A DNA stretch of 64,000 nucleotides from Nannocystales bacterium (GTDB lineage: Bacteria > Myxococcota_A > Polyangia > Nannocystales > Nannocystaceae): positions 1 to 64,000 of the forward strand of contig JBOEGF010000040.1 of NCBI GenBank assembly GCA_050633305.1. The letters are read 5' to 3'. The notes beneath the pieces were generated by a model. It was not told where the DNA came from. It saw only the letters and a list, made by a program, of their open reading frames with translations, and searched no databases. Numbering within the stretch: position 1 is the first letter of the stretch; each line of letters starts with the position of its first letter. This document shows positions 31,187 through 41,393 of the stretch, in pieces. The position numbers and the translations under genes are program-made.

Positions 31187-32428
31187 TCACGGCAATTGGT
31201 CCAGTTCGTGGATGATCTTTTGGAGGTCCGGTCTGTTCCCAATTTCGGAGTGGCACGACCAACCGTGGTGCTGGAGGAGCTGCCGAACTTCGCGGGGCTT
31301 CAAGCGCGGCTTTCCCTGGTGGTCCCGATAGCCCTGCACAACGGCGACGATCCCAGCCACCACAGCGGCTGCGGCCGACGTGCCTTCGAAACTGTCGACT
31401 AGACCGGAGTTTGGGTCGGGATCGAGCGCGCCGGGGCTGATCCCAGACGTTGCATCGGCGGCGAGGAGCCCCTCCGGCGCGTTGCAGTTGATTACCCCGG
31501 ATCCGTAGTTCGTAGTCGCACCCCGTTGGCCATTCGCGGCACTCGCTGCAACGAGGATCGCACCGGAGTTGTGCCTACGGCTCGCCGCGAATGGGTTCTT
31601 CCAAGAGTGGTCGAAATCGGGGTCCGGCTGGTCCAGCGCTGAGCTTGTCAAGTCTTGCCCTCCATTCCCAGCCGCTTCGACAACGACTACGCCCCGCTGA
31701 GTAGCATCCAGGATCGCCTCAAACTCCTCTTGGAACCACTCCACCGGCACGAACTCACCCGACACAGGGTGTTGAATCTGAGTTTCTACTAGCAGCACGG
31801 ATCCCTCATCAAGGTCGTCGGCAGCTTCTTGAATTGCCTCAGATACGCCCGCGTAGGAGTCCACCGACACCCCTTTGAAGATGGCGGCAGGCGCCACACC
31901 AACGAGCGAGGTGTCCGCGGCCACGATGCTCGCAACCGCCGTTCCGTGGGCGACCAAGTCCTCATCGGCGGACTGTGTGGTACCGACGATGTCGCGCCCG
32001 TTCGTGTTTCGGAGCACTTGGTGGGAGAAGTTCCATCCCCACTCAACGTCGTTGACCTGTACTTTTCCTCGGCCCGCCCCACTTGCGAGGCCGGTAGCCC
32101 AATCATGGTTGATCGGCTTCGTTCCGCCCGTGCAAACCCAGCAACCGGCTGGTTCCGCCGGGGGTTTCGCATACGCTGCGCGGACACCAGGGTGGCTGCG
32201 GAGGAACTGAGCCAGTTCTGACGCCGGGGTGTTCCCCTCCAGCCGAATGACCGCGATACGGTTGGTTTGATCGATCTCGACTCTACCGCTGCTGGGTTTA
32301 CGAAGGACGCGGCATCGGCTTCCCGGAGGAAGCGCAGAGAGCCAACCCGGTCCAGCCCCGGAAGCCCAGATCACACCTTCCTTTGGCACAGCCTCCACGG
32401 CGAGGACGAGCACAACTTCTTCGTGCAC
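31187..32428 (-). CDS. S8 (subtilisin-like) serine peptidase
   Basis: DVEWG (Asp), HGTAVA (His), EAAGNG (oxyanion), FEGTSAAAA (Ser); no evident signal peptide. Confidence 0.92.
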   Translation of the reverse strand: MHEEVVLVLAVEAVPKEGVIWASGAGPGWLSALPPGSRCRVLRKPSSGRVEIDQTNRIAVIRLEGNTPASELAQFLRSHPGVRAAYAKPPAEPAGCWVCTGGTKPINHDWATGLASGAGRGKVQVNDVEWGWNFSHQVLRNTNGRDIVGTTQSADEDLVAHGTAVASIVAADTSLVGVAPAAIFKGVSVDSYAGVSEAIQEAADDLDEGSVLLVETQIQHPVSGEFVPVEWFQEEFEAILDATQRGVVVVEAAGNGGQDLTSSALDQPDPDFDHSWKNPFAASRRHNSGAILVAASAANGQRGATTNYGSGVINCNAPEGLLAADATSGISPGALDPDPNSGLVDSFEGTSAAAAVVAGIVAVVQGYRDHQGKPRLKPREVRQLLQHHGWSCHSEIGNRPDLQKIIHELDQLP

Positions 32429-32545
32429 GGGCGCACGTTATCATCCATTCGAGTCGGTTAGTCTTGCTCGCGCAGCACCCGAACCAATCCTCTTGCGATC
32501 CGAGGGCATTGGAGAAGCACGCGAGCTGCACCCTTTCTAGGTGTC

Positions 32546-32686
32546 GACCCGGCTCCCAGACCCAGGGTTGTTGGCCCGGCGAGTCGGCCGATCGGCGCGC
32601 AGGGAGGTGACGATCGACGCGAGGGGATGAGAAAGCCGCGCCTCGGGGCAGGCAGTCGCGGACGGGCGGGGCATTTCGTGAGCCAC
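32546..32686. repeat. ~140-bp repeat, copy 1, containing the REP-like GACCCAGGGTTGTT
   Basis: Aligns with 34590-34728 (ggcccggcgagtcggccgatcggcgcgcaggg.ggtgacgatcgacgcgaggg...). Confidence 0.9.
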
Positions 32687-32754
32687 AGCCGACGAGAAAC
32701 CAGCACCCCCGGACGAGCACTGGGCTCGCCTGCTTCGCCTGAAACCGCGAGGGT

Positions 32755-33714
32755 TCAGCTTTTTGCGACGTCAACGGCCACGCCGAAGCGCCGGACCATC
32801 AGGTACGTACCGCGCGGAAAGACCGCATCGCGCTTGCCGCTCTCAAAGAGCAAGCGTGCGTGCTCATGCTCCTCCAGGAAGGCCGCGTTGCGCTGGAGGG
32901 CTTCGATGCGGGCCCACTTGTTCTTGCCGGCGACGGTCGGCCGAATGCCGCGCCGCGGAAGGCGGTTGGTGGGCGAGGAGTCGGTCGGCTGTCGACGAAC
33001 ACGCCTCATGCCCATGAAGGACCCTCCGCTCTTTCGAAGGGCGTCCGCCATCGCGTGGCTTCGCTCGCGAGCCTTGTCGCGAAGTTTCTCGCGAGCTTCG
33101 GTATCGGTGAGGGCTGGGTAGAGCGCCTCGGGTCGCACAAGCGTGAGGACCTCTTCGTCGAGGGTGTTGTCGCTGAAGCCGTCGAAGAAGCCCTCGGGCC
33201 GCGGAATCGTCTTCGACTGGCCATGGTCCATGCTCCAGCTGCACACGCCATCCCAGTACTCGGGAAGCTTGACGAGGCCAGCCTCGACGACGTTGCACAG
33301 GGTGTACAGGCACTCGTCTTCGATGGCGTCGCCATCGACGAGGCTGACGGCGTTGTAGGAGCCTGGCGCGAAGAAGTTCTCCCACCGGCCGAGGTTGGCG
33401 TTCCCGCCTCGGGCGACGAACTGGTTGAGCTCGCGAAAGAAGACCGGGCGCTGCCCACGAACGTCGGCGAAGACCACGTGATAGTGGTTGCTGAGGACCT
33501 GAAACTCGTGGATCCGGACGCCCGAGATGCGGGCAGCTCGAGCGAGGCAGTAGAGAAAGAGTTGGTCGGTGGGGGCGCTGGGCCGCAGAAAGAAGCGGCC
33601 CTCGCTGCACTTGCGCGTCCCCATGACGACCTCTCCGACCTCGATGAACCGCGGCCGAGTCATGAGGACGGCCTCCACGGAAATCCTGCCGAGCGCGCGC
33701 AGGTGCTGCTGCAC
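32755..33714 (-). mobile_element. RAYT-like / IS200-family HUH (Y1) transposase
   Basis: SNHYH (HUH), RWENFF, Y..CNVVEAGLV, FPRGTY. Confidence 0.85.
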
Positions 33715-33894
33715 GCGCGGTCAAGGCAGGAAAGCTTCGAGGAACGCACCGGTCATCAGACACAGCAAGGAGTCAACCATCTTCGCGAGCGGTAGAAACC
33801 GCATGTTCCGGGCGGGCTGGAAGACCCTTGCGCAACGGTGCCCGCCCCTGGGCCATACGGTTGGCCATGGGGCCACCGCCGGTACCCCCGCCGA

Positions 33895-33908
33895 AACAAC
33901 CCTGGGTC
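33895..33908. repeat. Inverted copy of the 14-bp REP-like motif
   Basis: AACAACCCTGGGTC is the reverse complement of GACCCAGGGTTGTT at 32559-32572 and 34572-34585. Confidence 0.85.
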
Positions 33909-33969
33909 GGGGTCTTTCAGCCACGTGCGGCGGCGTGGCAGGACTGATAGGCCGGCATGGGGCCCAGGC

Positions 33970-34521
33970 TCATCCTTCTCGAGTCCAGATCTTGATCTCG
34001 TTGCTGCACGCAACAACCAACGTCGTCCCGGAGGCAGAGAACCCGTATGCAAACGGGGCGTCCCAATCCCACACCTTGTGGAACGTGCCGTTCTCGTAGA
34101 AGCCGGGTTTGTCCGGTTCCTCCACCCAGACCACCTCGTTCGGCCAGGCTGGCGCAGCGCGGCCGACTCCCCATCCGTCCGATGTCGTCGTCGCCAACCC
34201 ACCCCCGATGAAGCTCCCGGCCACCCGCACCATCGCGCCACCGAGCGGGCCGACACCCTCGGCAAGGAGACGGCTCGTATCGAGCCACGAACCGGAGTCG
34301 TCGTCTGGGACGCGTTCCAGGGTGTCGCCGGTCTTGCAGTCGAGCACGTAGCGGCCCGCACCCGAGATCGAGAGCAGGAACGCTCCCGATTCATCGAGGC
34401 CAACGGCATAGACGCCCCCGGCGACTCCGTTGTTCGCTCGTTTCCAAGGAGACGGGGGGTCGGACTCTGGTGCGGCGGCCCAACGCTCGCGCAAGGTTCT
34501 CTGGTAGCGAGAGTCCGACAC
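33970..34521 (-). CDS. Hypothetical protein (beta-rich, 183 aa)
   Basis: Plausible GTG start at 34521; good codon usage; the ORF part further upstream runs through repeat DNA. Confidence 0.65.
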   Translation of the reverse strand: MSDSRYQRTLRERWAAAPESDPPSPWKRANNGVAGGVYAVGLDESGAFLLSISGAGRYVLDCKTGDTLERVPDDDSGSWLDTSRLLAEGVGPLGGAMVRVAGSFIGGGLATTTSDGWGVGRAAPAWPNEVVWVEEPDKPGFYENGTFHKVWDWDAPFAYGFSASGTTLVVACSNEIKIWTREG

Positions 34522-34548
34522 TGCGAGGCACGTTAGCAGAGGCTGTTG

Positions 34549-34728
34549 GACCCGGCTCCCCGCGGCTCCCGGACCCAGGGTTGTTGACCGACCCGGCTTC
34601 CCCACCCAGGGTTGTGGCCCGGCGAGTCGGCCGATCGGCGCGCAGGGGGGTGACGATCGACGCGAGGGATGAGAAAGCCGCGGCTTGGGGCAGGCAATCG
34701 CCGACTGGCGGTGCGTTCCTTGAGTCAC
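34549..34728. repeat. ~140-bp repeat, copy 2, with two REP-like motifs
   Basis: GACCCAGGGTTGTT at 34572 and ACCCAGGGTTGT at 34604, then homology to 32561-32686. Confidence 0.9.
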
Positions 34729-34981
34729 GCCTGGCTCGCCCGCACGGGTGGGTTCCGGTGGCGAACTCGTGGCCCAGGGGATCGAGTGCGAGGAGGAGTG
34801 AACGCTCACGGCGTGCAACCTCGCGCTGATCGTACCGTCGGATCGGCATGCATGCGGTGGTTCTGGGGATGGCCTCCTCGTCGGCACACCACATCCGCGA
34901 AGAGTTGGGGATGGACGAAGCGGACGCCGAGGCCGGGCCTTTTCGGTGGTCGAGGCTGTCGCCCGTTCGCGCGGAGGCCAC

Positions 34982-36172
34982 GTGATCGTGGCTTCGCGTC
35001 GTCCCCTCTCCGAGGTCCTGCTCCTGCTCCTCGTCGCCTGTGCGCCTGCGCCCGCGGCATCGCCAACCGACGTGCCGCCGCCGAAACGCTCGCAGCAGTC
35101 GCCCCCCCAACCTGTCGCCGCAGCACAGGACGACTCGACCACCATGCCGCAAGACGACGGTCCTCCTGACGAGACGGTGGATGCTCGCTTGCTACGGCGC
35201 GTCGTCCGAGCGCGGACCGAAACCGGCGAGGTCTACGTCGAGTCGGAGACCGAATTTTGGATCACCGATGACGCCGTTCGGACGAAGAAGGGAGCGTTGG
35301 GCGTGGCCCCGCCGGTCGACCTGCTTTGGCGCGAGGGTGAGGGCACGTGGTGGGTCTTCGATCATGCGGTGTGCCCCTGGTTCGGGTCCACCGACGGCCG
35401 GGGGCACATCTCGCAGGAACTCCGCATCCCGCGAGGAGATGACGGCGAACTCGAGGTTCCGGACCCGGTACTGACGAAGGTTCCCGATGCGTGGGCCAAC
35501 CCCGAGGGCGACGGCTTGCCCGGCACCGAGGTGTATCGCGTCGGTCCCAAGACGCGAAAAGGGATGACGACGTTCCTCTGGGTCTCCACGGATACACCTC
35601 TGTCGGGCCGCGACTTCGCCGACGAGCTTCGTCGCCGGCTCTCGCCCCCATGGTCCGCCGACCTCCAGCGACTCTTCGCTGCGTTCGACCAGCTTCCCGG
35701 CTACCCCGTCGCTTTCCGGAGCGAGATGGGCTCCTACGCCGTCGTCGAGATCGGTCGGGCACCGATTCCCGCGAGCGAGCTTTCGAGCGGCGACAGACAC
35801 CGAAGTGACAACTGCAATGGGCTCTTCACCAAAGATGTCTTGGAGAGGTACGCGGCTGAGCGAAACGCCGGCCGAGAACACTACGGCTTGGACATTCCGT
35901 TCACACCGTCTACAGGCGACCCCTTTCCGCCCTCACTGCCCGGAGGATCGTGCAAGCCGCGACCCGAGAGCTGCGTGGAGGCTTGGAACGGGGTCGAGAC
36001 TCAGTTCCTGGACTGGTGTGAACCATCGCAGTTCGATTTCTACAGGCCGTGCCCGCGCGATGGAGTCGCGTTCGTCTGCGAGGGCCCGCAGCGAGAAACG
36101 TTGATCTATCGGTACGGAGGGCGGAACGGTGGGCGGGAGTGTCCGGAGGGAACGGTCCGGTTCGACCCCTGA
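34982..36172 (+). CDS. Hypothetical lipoprotein
   Basis: LLLLLVAC lipobox; Cys-containing C-terminal domain. Confidence 0.65.
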   Translation: MIVASRRPLSEVLLLLLVACAPAPAASPTDVPPPKRSQQSPPQPVAAAQDDSTTMPQDDGPPDETVDARLLRRVVRARTETGEVYVESETEFWITDDAVRTKKGALGVAPPVDLLWREGEGTWWVFDHAVCPWFGSTDGRGHISQELRIPRGDDGELEVPDPVLTKVPDAWANPEGDGLPGTEVYRVGPKTRKGMTTFLWVSTDTPLSGRDFADELRRRLSPPWSADLQRLFAAFDQLPGYPVAFRSEMGSYAVVEIGRAPIPASELSSGDRHRSDNCNGLFTKDVLERYAAERNAGREHYGLDIPFTPSTGDPFPPSLPGGSCKPRPESCVEAWNGVETQFLDWCEPSQFDFYRPCPRDGVAFVCEGPQRETLIYRYGGRNGGRECPEGTVRFDP

Positions 36173-36174
36173 CG

Positions 36175-36420
36175 TGTCTTCCGAAACCGGCAAACCATCG
36201 AACCGCCCGGATCTCCGGGAGCGACAGGTGCGACGTGGCGGAGCTGTGTTTCTCCATCGACTCGGATGGCAACGGCACCTGCGAAAAAACTGGCGGCTGC
36301 CAGCCCGGCGCGGTCTGTCCAGCGCCGGAGGTCGTGCCAGGTTGTGAAGACGAAACCGGGTGCAGCAACCCCTGGTGCGACTTGGCGGGTCCTCAGTATC
36401 CGCCGACATCGACCGCGTGA
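36175..36420 (+). pseudogene. Fragment of a Cys-rich lipoprotein like those at 39.4-42.4 kb
   Basis: CDVAELCFSIDSDGNGTC..CQPG..C..PEVVPGCEDETGC..WCD parallels the paralogue Cys pattern. Confidence 0.45.
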
Positions 36421-36514
36421 TGTGGTTCGAGCACGTGGGTCTCTGCGCGGTGCTGTCGTGACCCGCTGAGGCCCTTCAAGCCTCCGGCCTCGTGGACTAT
36501 CCTCCGCCCACCGC

Positions 36515-37594
36515 ATGAGTGCCGACGTCAGCTTGCTCGTCTTCTACCTGCTGCTTGCACTGGGCGTGTCGTTCGCGTGCTCCATCTTCGAAGCGGTGCT
36601 GCTGTCGATCACGCCTGGCTACGTGGCAGCGCTCGAGAAGGACGGTAGCGCTGCAGCCGAACGCATCACTCGGCTCAAGGCGAGCGTCGATCGCCCGATG
36701 GCGGCGATCCTCAGCCTCAACACCGTGGCGCACACCGTGGGCGCAGCGGGAGTCGGTGCTCAGTCGGCGAAGGTCTTCGCCAGCGTGCCGATGGGAGTGA
36801 TCTCCGGAGTGCTCACGGTGTTGATCTTGTTCGTCTCGGAGATCGTCCCGAAGTCACTCGGCGCGACGAACTGGAAAAAGTTGGCCCCGGCGGTTGCCGC
36901 GGCGCTCGTGCCCGTCACGTTCGTCATGACTTATACGGGCTTCGTTCCGGTCTCCAACTGGATCACGCGCAAGCTCGGAGGCGGCGAGCACGGCACGGAG
37001 CCGAGTCGCGAAGAGATCAGCGCGATCGCGGAGCGTGGGGCCCAGCAAGGCCTCTTCGCAGGCAGCGAGGGGCGGGTCCTGAACAACCTGTTTCGACTGG
37101 GGGAGGTGCGGGCAACCGATGTGATGACCCCTCGCACGGTCATCTTTTCTCTGTCCGAGACCGAGACCGTCGGCGCCCTCATCGAGCGTGACGAGGCGTT
37201 CCGCTTCTCTCGCATTCCGATTCACCAAGGCACGCTCGATCAAGTCACAGGCTACGTGTTGCGGAGCGAGATCCTGCTGGCTGCGGCACGCGATGAGCTG
37301 GATACGCCGCTGTCGGACCTGCAGCGTGATCTCAAGACTGTAGGTGACGAGCTGCCGCTGTCCGAGCTCTTGGAGCGGCTGCTCGAGCAACAGACCCACA
37401 TGGCACTGGTCATCGACGACCACGGCACCGCCACTGGCCTCGTCACGCTCGAGGACGTCGTCGAGACCCTGTTCGGGACCGAGATCGTCGACGAGGCCGA
37501 CAACGTCGCCGACCTGCGGGAGCTGGCGCGCAAGAAGTGGCAAGAGCGAGCGCAGCGGTTGGGCATGCTCGATGACGCCACGGCCTCGGAGTGA
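36515..37594 (+). CDS. CNNM/CorB (HlyC/CorC) family protein, DUF21 + CBS pair
   Basis: SF.CS..EA, AILSLNT.AH, SEIVPK, DVMTPR, FSRIP, GLVTLEDVVE..G.EI.DE.D. Confidence 0.93.
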   Translation: MSADVSLLVFYLLLALGVSFACSIFEAVLLSITPGYVAALEKDGSAAAERITRLKASVDRPMAAILSLNTVAHTVGAAGVGAQSAKVFASVPMGVISGVLTVLILFVSEIVPKSLGATNWKKLAPAVAAALVPVTFVMTYTGFVPVSNWITRKLGGGEHGTEPSREEISAIAERGAQQGLFAGSEGRVLNNLFRLGEVRATDVMTPRTVIFSLSETETVGALIERDEAFRFSRIPIHQGTLDQVTGYVLRSEILLAAARDELDTPLSDLQRDLKTVGDELPLSELLERLLEQQTHMALVIDDHGTATGLVTLEDVVETLFGTEIVDEADNVADLRELARKKWQERAQRLGMLDDATASE

Positions 37595-37856
37595 CCCACG
37601 GTCTGCACTCGAGCCGCGTCGGTTCCGTCGCCGCAGCCCGGTACATGCTGCCCCTGGGCATGTCGATGACGGTATCGATCCGTATCGGCTTGCACGGGGG
37701 TTCCCGTCATCAGGAAAGACTCCCCGCGGTGGGGTCGCGATCACAATCGTCACTGTCTGGACCGTATTCGTAGCCTCGGAGACGCGCACGGTGATCGGCG
37801 CGCCGCCGCACTCGCTCGCTTGACCTCAAGTCGACTCGAGGTGCTACGAAACAGGG

Positions 37857-38495
37857 ATGAAGGAGGAAATGTCGAAGGCCCGGATGTGGGACGAGCGGTA
37901 CGCCGCCGAGGGGTTCTTGTTCGGGACCGCACCGGCGGCGTTTTTGTCCAAGCATGCGCAACGGCTGTCGCCGGGTGCACGGACCCTGGTGGTGGGCGAC
38001 GGCGAGGGACGGAACTCCGTGTTCCTGGCCGAGGCCGGGCTCGAGGTGACCGCGATGGACGTTTCGGAGGTTGCGGTCGCGAAGGCCCAGCGACTGGCCG
38101 CCGAACGCGGGGTCGAGGTCGCGTTCTCGGTCGCCGACATTCTCGCCTGGCCGTGGACCTCCAACGCCTACGATCTGGTGGTCGCCGTGTTCATCCAATT
38201 CCTCCTCCCCCAGCAGCGCGACGTCGTGTTCGAGGGGCTCAGCGCCACGCTGCGCCCCGGAGGGACGCTGATGCTCCACGGCTATCGGCCGGAGCATCTC
38301 GAGTTGGGAGGGGTGGGTGGTCCCCCGTTGGCCGAGTGCATGTACACCGAGTCGATGCTGCGCGCGGCGTTCCCGGAGCTCGAGGTCGATGCGCTCGAGT
38401 CGTACGACGCGAACCTCAGCGAAGGCGCCGGTCACACCGGAACCTCCGCGCTGATCGACTTCATCGCCCACAAGCCGGGCCCCGGCGCCTCGTGA
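37857..38495 (+). CDS. Class I SAM-dependent methyltransferase (TehB-like)
   Basis: WDERY, GDGEGRN motif I, LRPGG. Confidence 0.9.
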   Translation: MKEEMSKARMWDERYAAEGFLFGTAPAAFLSKHAQRLSPGARTLVVGDGEGRNSVFLAEAGLEVTAMDVSEVAVAKAQRLAAERGVEVAFSVADILAWPWTSNAYDLVVAVFIQFLLPQQRDVVFEGLSATLRPGGTLMLHGYRPEHLELGGVGGPPLAECMYTESMLRAAFPELEVDALESYDANLSEGAGHTGTSALIDFIAHKPGPGAS

Positions 38496-38519
38496 GGTGC
38501 GTGCTAGCCTGGCGCAACG

Positions 38520-38918
38520 ATGGACATCGCAGACGTCGTGAGGCAGTCGGGGCTGCCGCCGTCCACCCTGCACCACTACGAAGCCAAGGGCCTCATCGCG
38601 TCCACCGGCCGGCGGGGCCTACGGCGCCAATACGGCGAAGGCGTGCTCGACCGGCTCAAGCTGATCACCTTCGGGAAGACGGCAGGCTTCTCCCTCGATG
38701 AGATCCAGACCGCGCTGATTCCGGACGGCGGCGTGGAGGTCGACCGCGCAGCTCTTGCGGCGAAGGCGGACGAACTCGACCAGACCATCGACGAGCTCAT
38801 CGCGATCCGCGACGGTCTTCGGCATGCCGCCCGCTGCCCGGAGGATCGGCACCTCGAGTGCGACAACTTTCGAGCACTCCTCAAGCGGGCGGGTACGAAG
38901 CGACGGGGCCGTCGCTGA
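38520..38918 (+). CDS. MerR-family transcriptional regulator
   Basis: MDIADV..SGLPPSTLHHYE.KGLI..GR.GLRRQY, GFSLDEI, C-terminal C.....LEC. Confidence 0.92.
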   Translation: MDIADVVRQSGLPPSTLHHYEAKGLIASTGRRGLRRQYGEGVLDRLKLITFGKTAGFSLDEIQTALIPDGGVEVDRAALAAKADELDQTIDELIAIRDGLRHAARCPEDRHLECDNFRALLKRAGTKRRGRR

Positions 38919-39439
38919 GGCCCCGAGTCGGCTGAGGATTCGGATTGTCACATGCCCGAGACCCAGCGCGAAGATGACGGTCAAGCACTTCGACCGCGCG
39001 GGCTCGGGAACGAGAGGCGGACACCGCGAAGCGCCCCCCTCCTTCACTCGCCGACGGGCTGCAGGTTTCTCCCTCGTCGCTGGTCAGTGCGTAGACCGAG
39101 CGATCCATCGGACCGCAGTGCGCATCCACTTTCGACAGCGCAAGAGTCGCTCGGATTGACGAACACCCCCCGGGTCACCGCCGAGCCCAAGTCAATCGAA
39201 GACGCCATCGTCGTCCGGAGCTCCGCAAAAAAGGGCCCGTTGGGGTTCGTTCGAGCCCGCGAACGTCGACGTCGGCGCTGAGTTCGACGCCTCGGTCCCA
39301 CGTCGGCTCCCTCGGACGAAGTCCCGCCGACAGAGGCGTGATGTCACTGCAAGCACCTTGGAGCAGGAAACAACCAAGCCATGAACAGCGCGCTCCCCGA
39401 GGTCGACATGACTCTCCTTCGCGCCGCACACGGCTGTTT

Positions 39440-40396
39440 TCAACCGCCAAAGGGCCAGCACAAGCCGAGGTCCGGATGGTCCGGGTTCGGCGTGAGATAG
39501 AACGGCTGACAGAGCAACCCGTTCGAGCACGACTGCGGGTCGGCCGTGTTGCAGTAGGGCACACAACACGGCTCGTCGTCCTCACACAGCGATGCCGGAC
39601 CTCTGCCGGCTTCGTAGTGCCTCGTGCCATCGGGGCAGGGCACGAACGCCCGATCCACACAGGCGAACGCATCGTTCGGTGTCCAGGCACAGGTCGCCTC
39701 GTCACCGCACTGCGCGGCGAGTGGGTCACAGGGCGGCAAGCACAGCGGCAGAGCGTCCGAAAAGAGCAAGCAGCTCTCGCTCTCGCTCTCGCATGACGGG
39801 TCGAGCAGGGCCCCCGTGCAATACGGCGCGCACACCCCCTCGAGCGTGTCGGGGTCGACGTCCCAACACATCGACCCGGCGCCACACGAATCGATGCCAG
39901 ACACGGCACTCGCTTCGGCCGTGCATGGTTCGCCGGGCTGAGCGGGCTGCTCGACGAGCGGGACACAGCGTGTTGAGTTCCAGACCGAACCGCCGTCGTT
40001 CGCCCAGGCTCTGCACGTCTCCCCCTCGTTGCAGTCCTGGTCGAAGAGGGAGCACTCCGGGAGCGTGCAATGTGCCAACACGCCGTCGGGAAGCCCCGAG
40101 TCGCACGAACCGGTCGGATCGATGAACAACCCGTCCCCGGACTCCGAGCCCGAGCCGTCCGCCGCGCCCATCGTCGAGTCCGAGTCCGAGTCCGAGTCCG
40201 AGTCCGAGCCTGCCACCGACGTGCCACCGAGCCCTCCCGAGGTTCCCACCGGTCCGGAGGGCCCAGATGTGCCCGCAGTCTCCACGCCAGTCCCGCCTGC
40301 GCCCGTCGAAGCGTCAGTGCCGGGGGCGATGTCCGTGCACCCGGCCACCAGCAAGGCGCAGACAAGGCCATAGGGTTTCGGTGGTCGCACGTGCAT
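39440..40396 (-). CDS. Cys-rich myxobacterial lipoprotein, paralogue 3
   Basis: LVAGC lipobox; QDC.EGE.C..WANDG..WN..RC, SGIDSC..G.MCW.VD..TLEG.C. Confidence 0.85.
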   Translation of the reverse strand: MHVRPPKPYGLVCALLVAGCTDIAPGTDASTGAGGTGVETAGTSGPSGPVGTSGGLGGTSVAGSDSDSDSDSDSTMGAADGSGSESGDGLFIDPTGSCDSGLPDGVLAHCTLPECSLFDQDCNEGETCRAWANDGGSVWNSTRCVPLVEQPAQPGEPCTAEASAVSGIDSCGAGSMCWDVDPDTLEGVCAPYCTGALLDPSCESESESCLLFSDALPLCLPPCDPLAAQCGDEATCAWTPNDAFACVDRAFVPCPDGTRHYEAGRGPASLCEDDEPCCVPYCNTADPQSCSNGLLCQPFYLTPNPDHPDLGLCWPFGG

Positions 40397-40404
40397 GGTT
40401 TCGC

Positions 40405-41388
40405 CTAGTTCGCCACGCTGCAGAAACCGAGCGGGTTCACTTTTGGAAGGTCCCCTTCGAAGTACGACAGACACTCCGCGTCGGGGCCACAGGAGTCCGG
40501 GACGGTGATGTCGCAGAACGCAGTGCAACACGGCAGGTCGTCGACGCAGCCTTCGATCGCATCGGGGGCTGCCCAGAATGTCCCCGCAGGACACTCCGGA
40601 TGGAACACATCGAGGTGAACGGGATCGCCTTCGCGGATGCACACGAAGTCGTCCTCCGATCCCGGGTAGCAGCCGAAACCGTCAGCGCACGCGGACGCGA
40701 GTGGGTCGCACGAGGGCAGGCAAAGCGGAAGGACGCCGTTATTGAACTCGCTGCAACGCTCGTCCACATCGGAGCAGCGGATTCCCCCACCGCCGAAGAA
40801 GTCGCAGTATTCGACACACGTGCCCTCCAACGTTTCGGCGTCGACGTTCCAACACATGAGCCCGATGTCACAGCTGTCGATACCCGAGGCCGCGCTTCCT
40901 TCGGACACGCAGGGCTCCCCCCGTTGGCCCGGCTCGGGATCCACGGGTCCGCAGCGGGTCGAGTTCCACATCGGAGAGCCGTTGTTCGCCCAAGCCTTGC
41001 AGGTCTCCCCCTTTGCACAGTCCTGCGCCTTCGGGTCACACCAGGTGCAGTGCGCCAAGACGCCATCGGGCAGGCCGGCGCCGCACCAACCCCCGTCGGG
41101 GTCGATGATGAAACCTCCATCGTCACTCGAGCTGCCCCACGTGCCGCTGGTGGTGCTGCCCGAGGTCCCCGGTGGAGTCCCGGTCGGGTCGGGTGGCACT
41201 CCGGTCGTCGGGGGCATCGGAGTCCCGCTGGTGGAAGGGTCGGGTACGTCGCCTGACGCCGACCCCGGCGCATTCGACGAGGTCGATCCCCCGGAGGGGT
41301 CGTCCTCGGCAACCACGGGCCGGCAACCCAGCGCCGCGACACAGAGTCCCAACAGGGCGAGGTTCGTGAACTGACTTCGAGAGGACAT
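40405..41388 (-). CDS. Cys-rich myxobacterial lipoprotein, paralogue 2
   Basis: ALGC lipobox; same Cys pattern. Confidence 0.85.
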   Translation of the reverse strand: MSSRSQFTNLALLGLCVAALGCRPVVAEDDPSGGSTSSNAPGSASGDVPDPSTSGTPMPPTTGVPPDPTGTPPGTSGSTTSGTWGSSSDDGGFIIDPDGGWCGAGLPDGVLAHCTWCDPKAQDCAKGETCKAWANNGSPMWNSTRCGPVDPEPGQRGEPCVSEGSAASGIDSCDIGLMCWNVDAETLEGTCVEYCDFFGGGGIRCSDVDERCSEFNNGVLPLCLPSCDPLASACADGFGCYPGSEDDFVCIREGDPVHLDVFHPECPAGTFWAAPDAIEGCVDDLPCCTAFCDITVPDSCGPDAECLSYFEGDLPKVNPLGFCSVAN

Positions 41389-41393
41389 GGGAC

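Noticed and set aside
26087..32428. Gasdermin or Craspase locus
   Set aside because: CHAT and S8 are present, but no gasdermin-like or Cas7-11 ORF is visible.
34522..35145. Upstream extension of ORF 33970..35145
   Set aside because: Crosses the non-coding repeat and overlaps the plus-strand lipoprotein.
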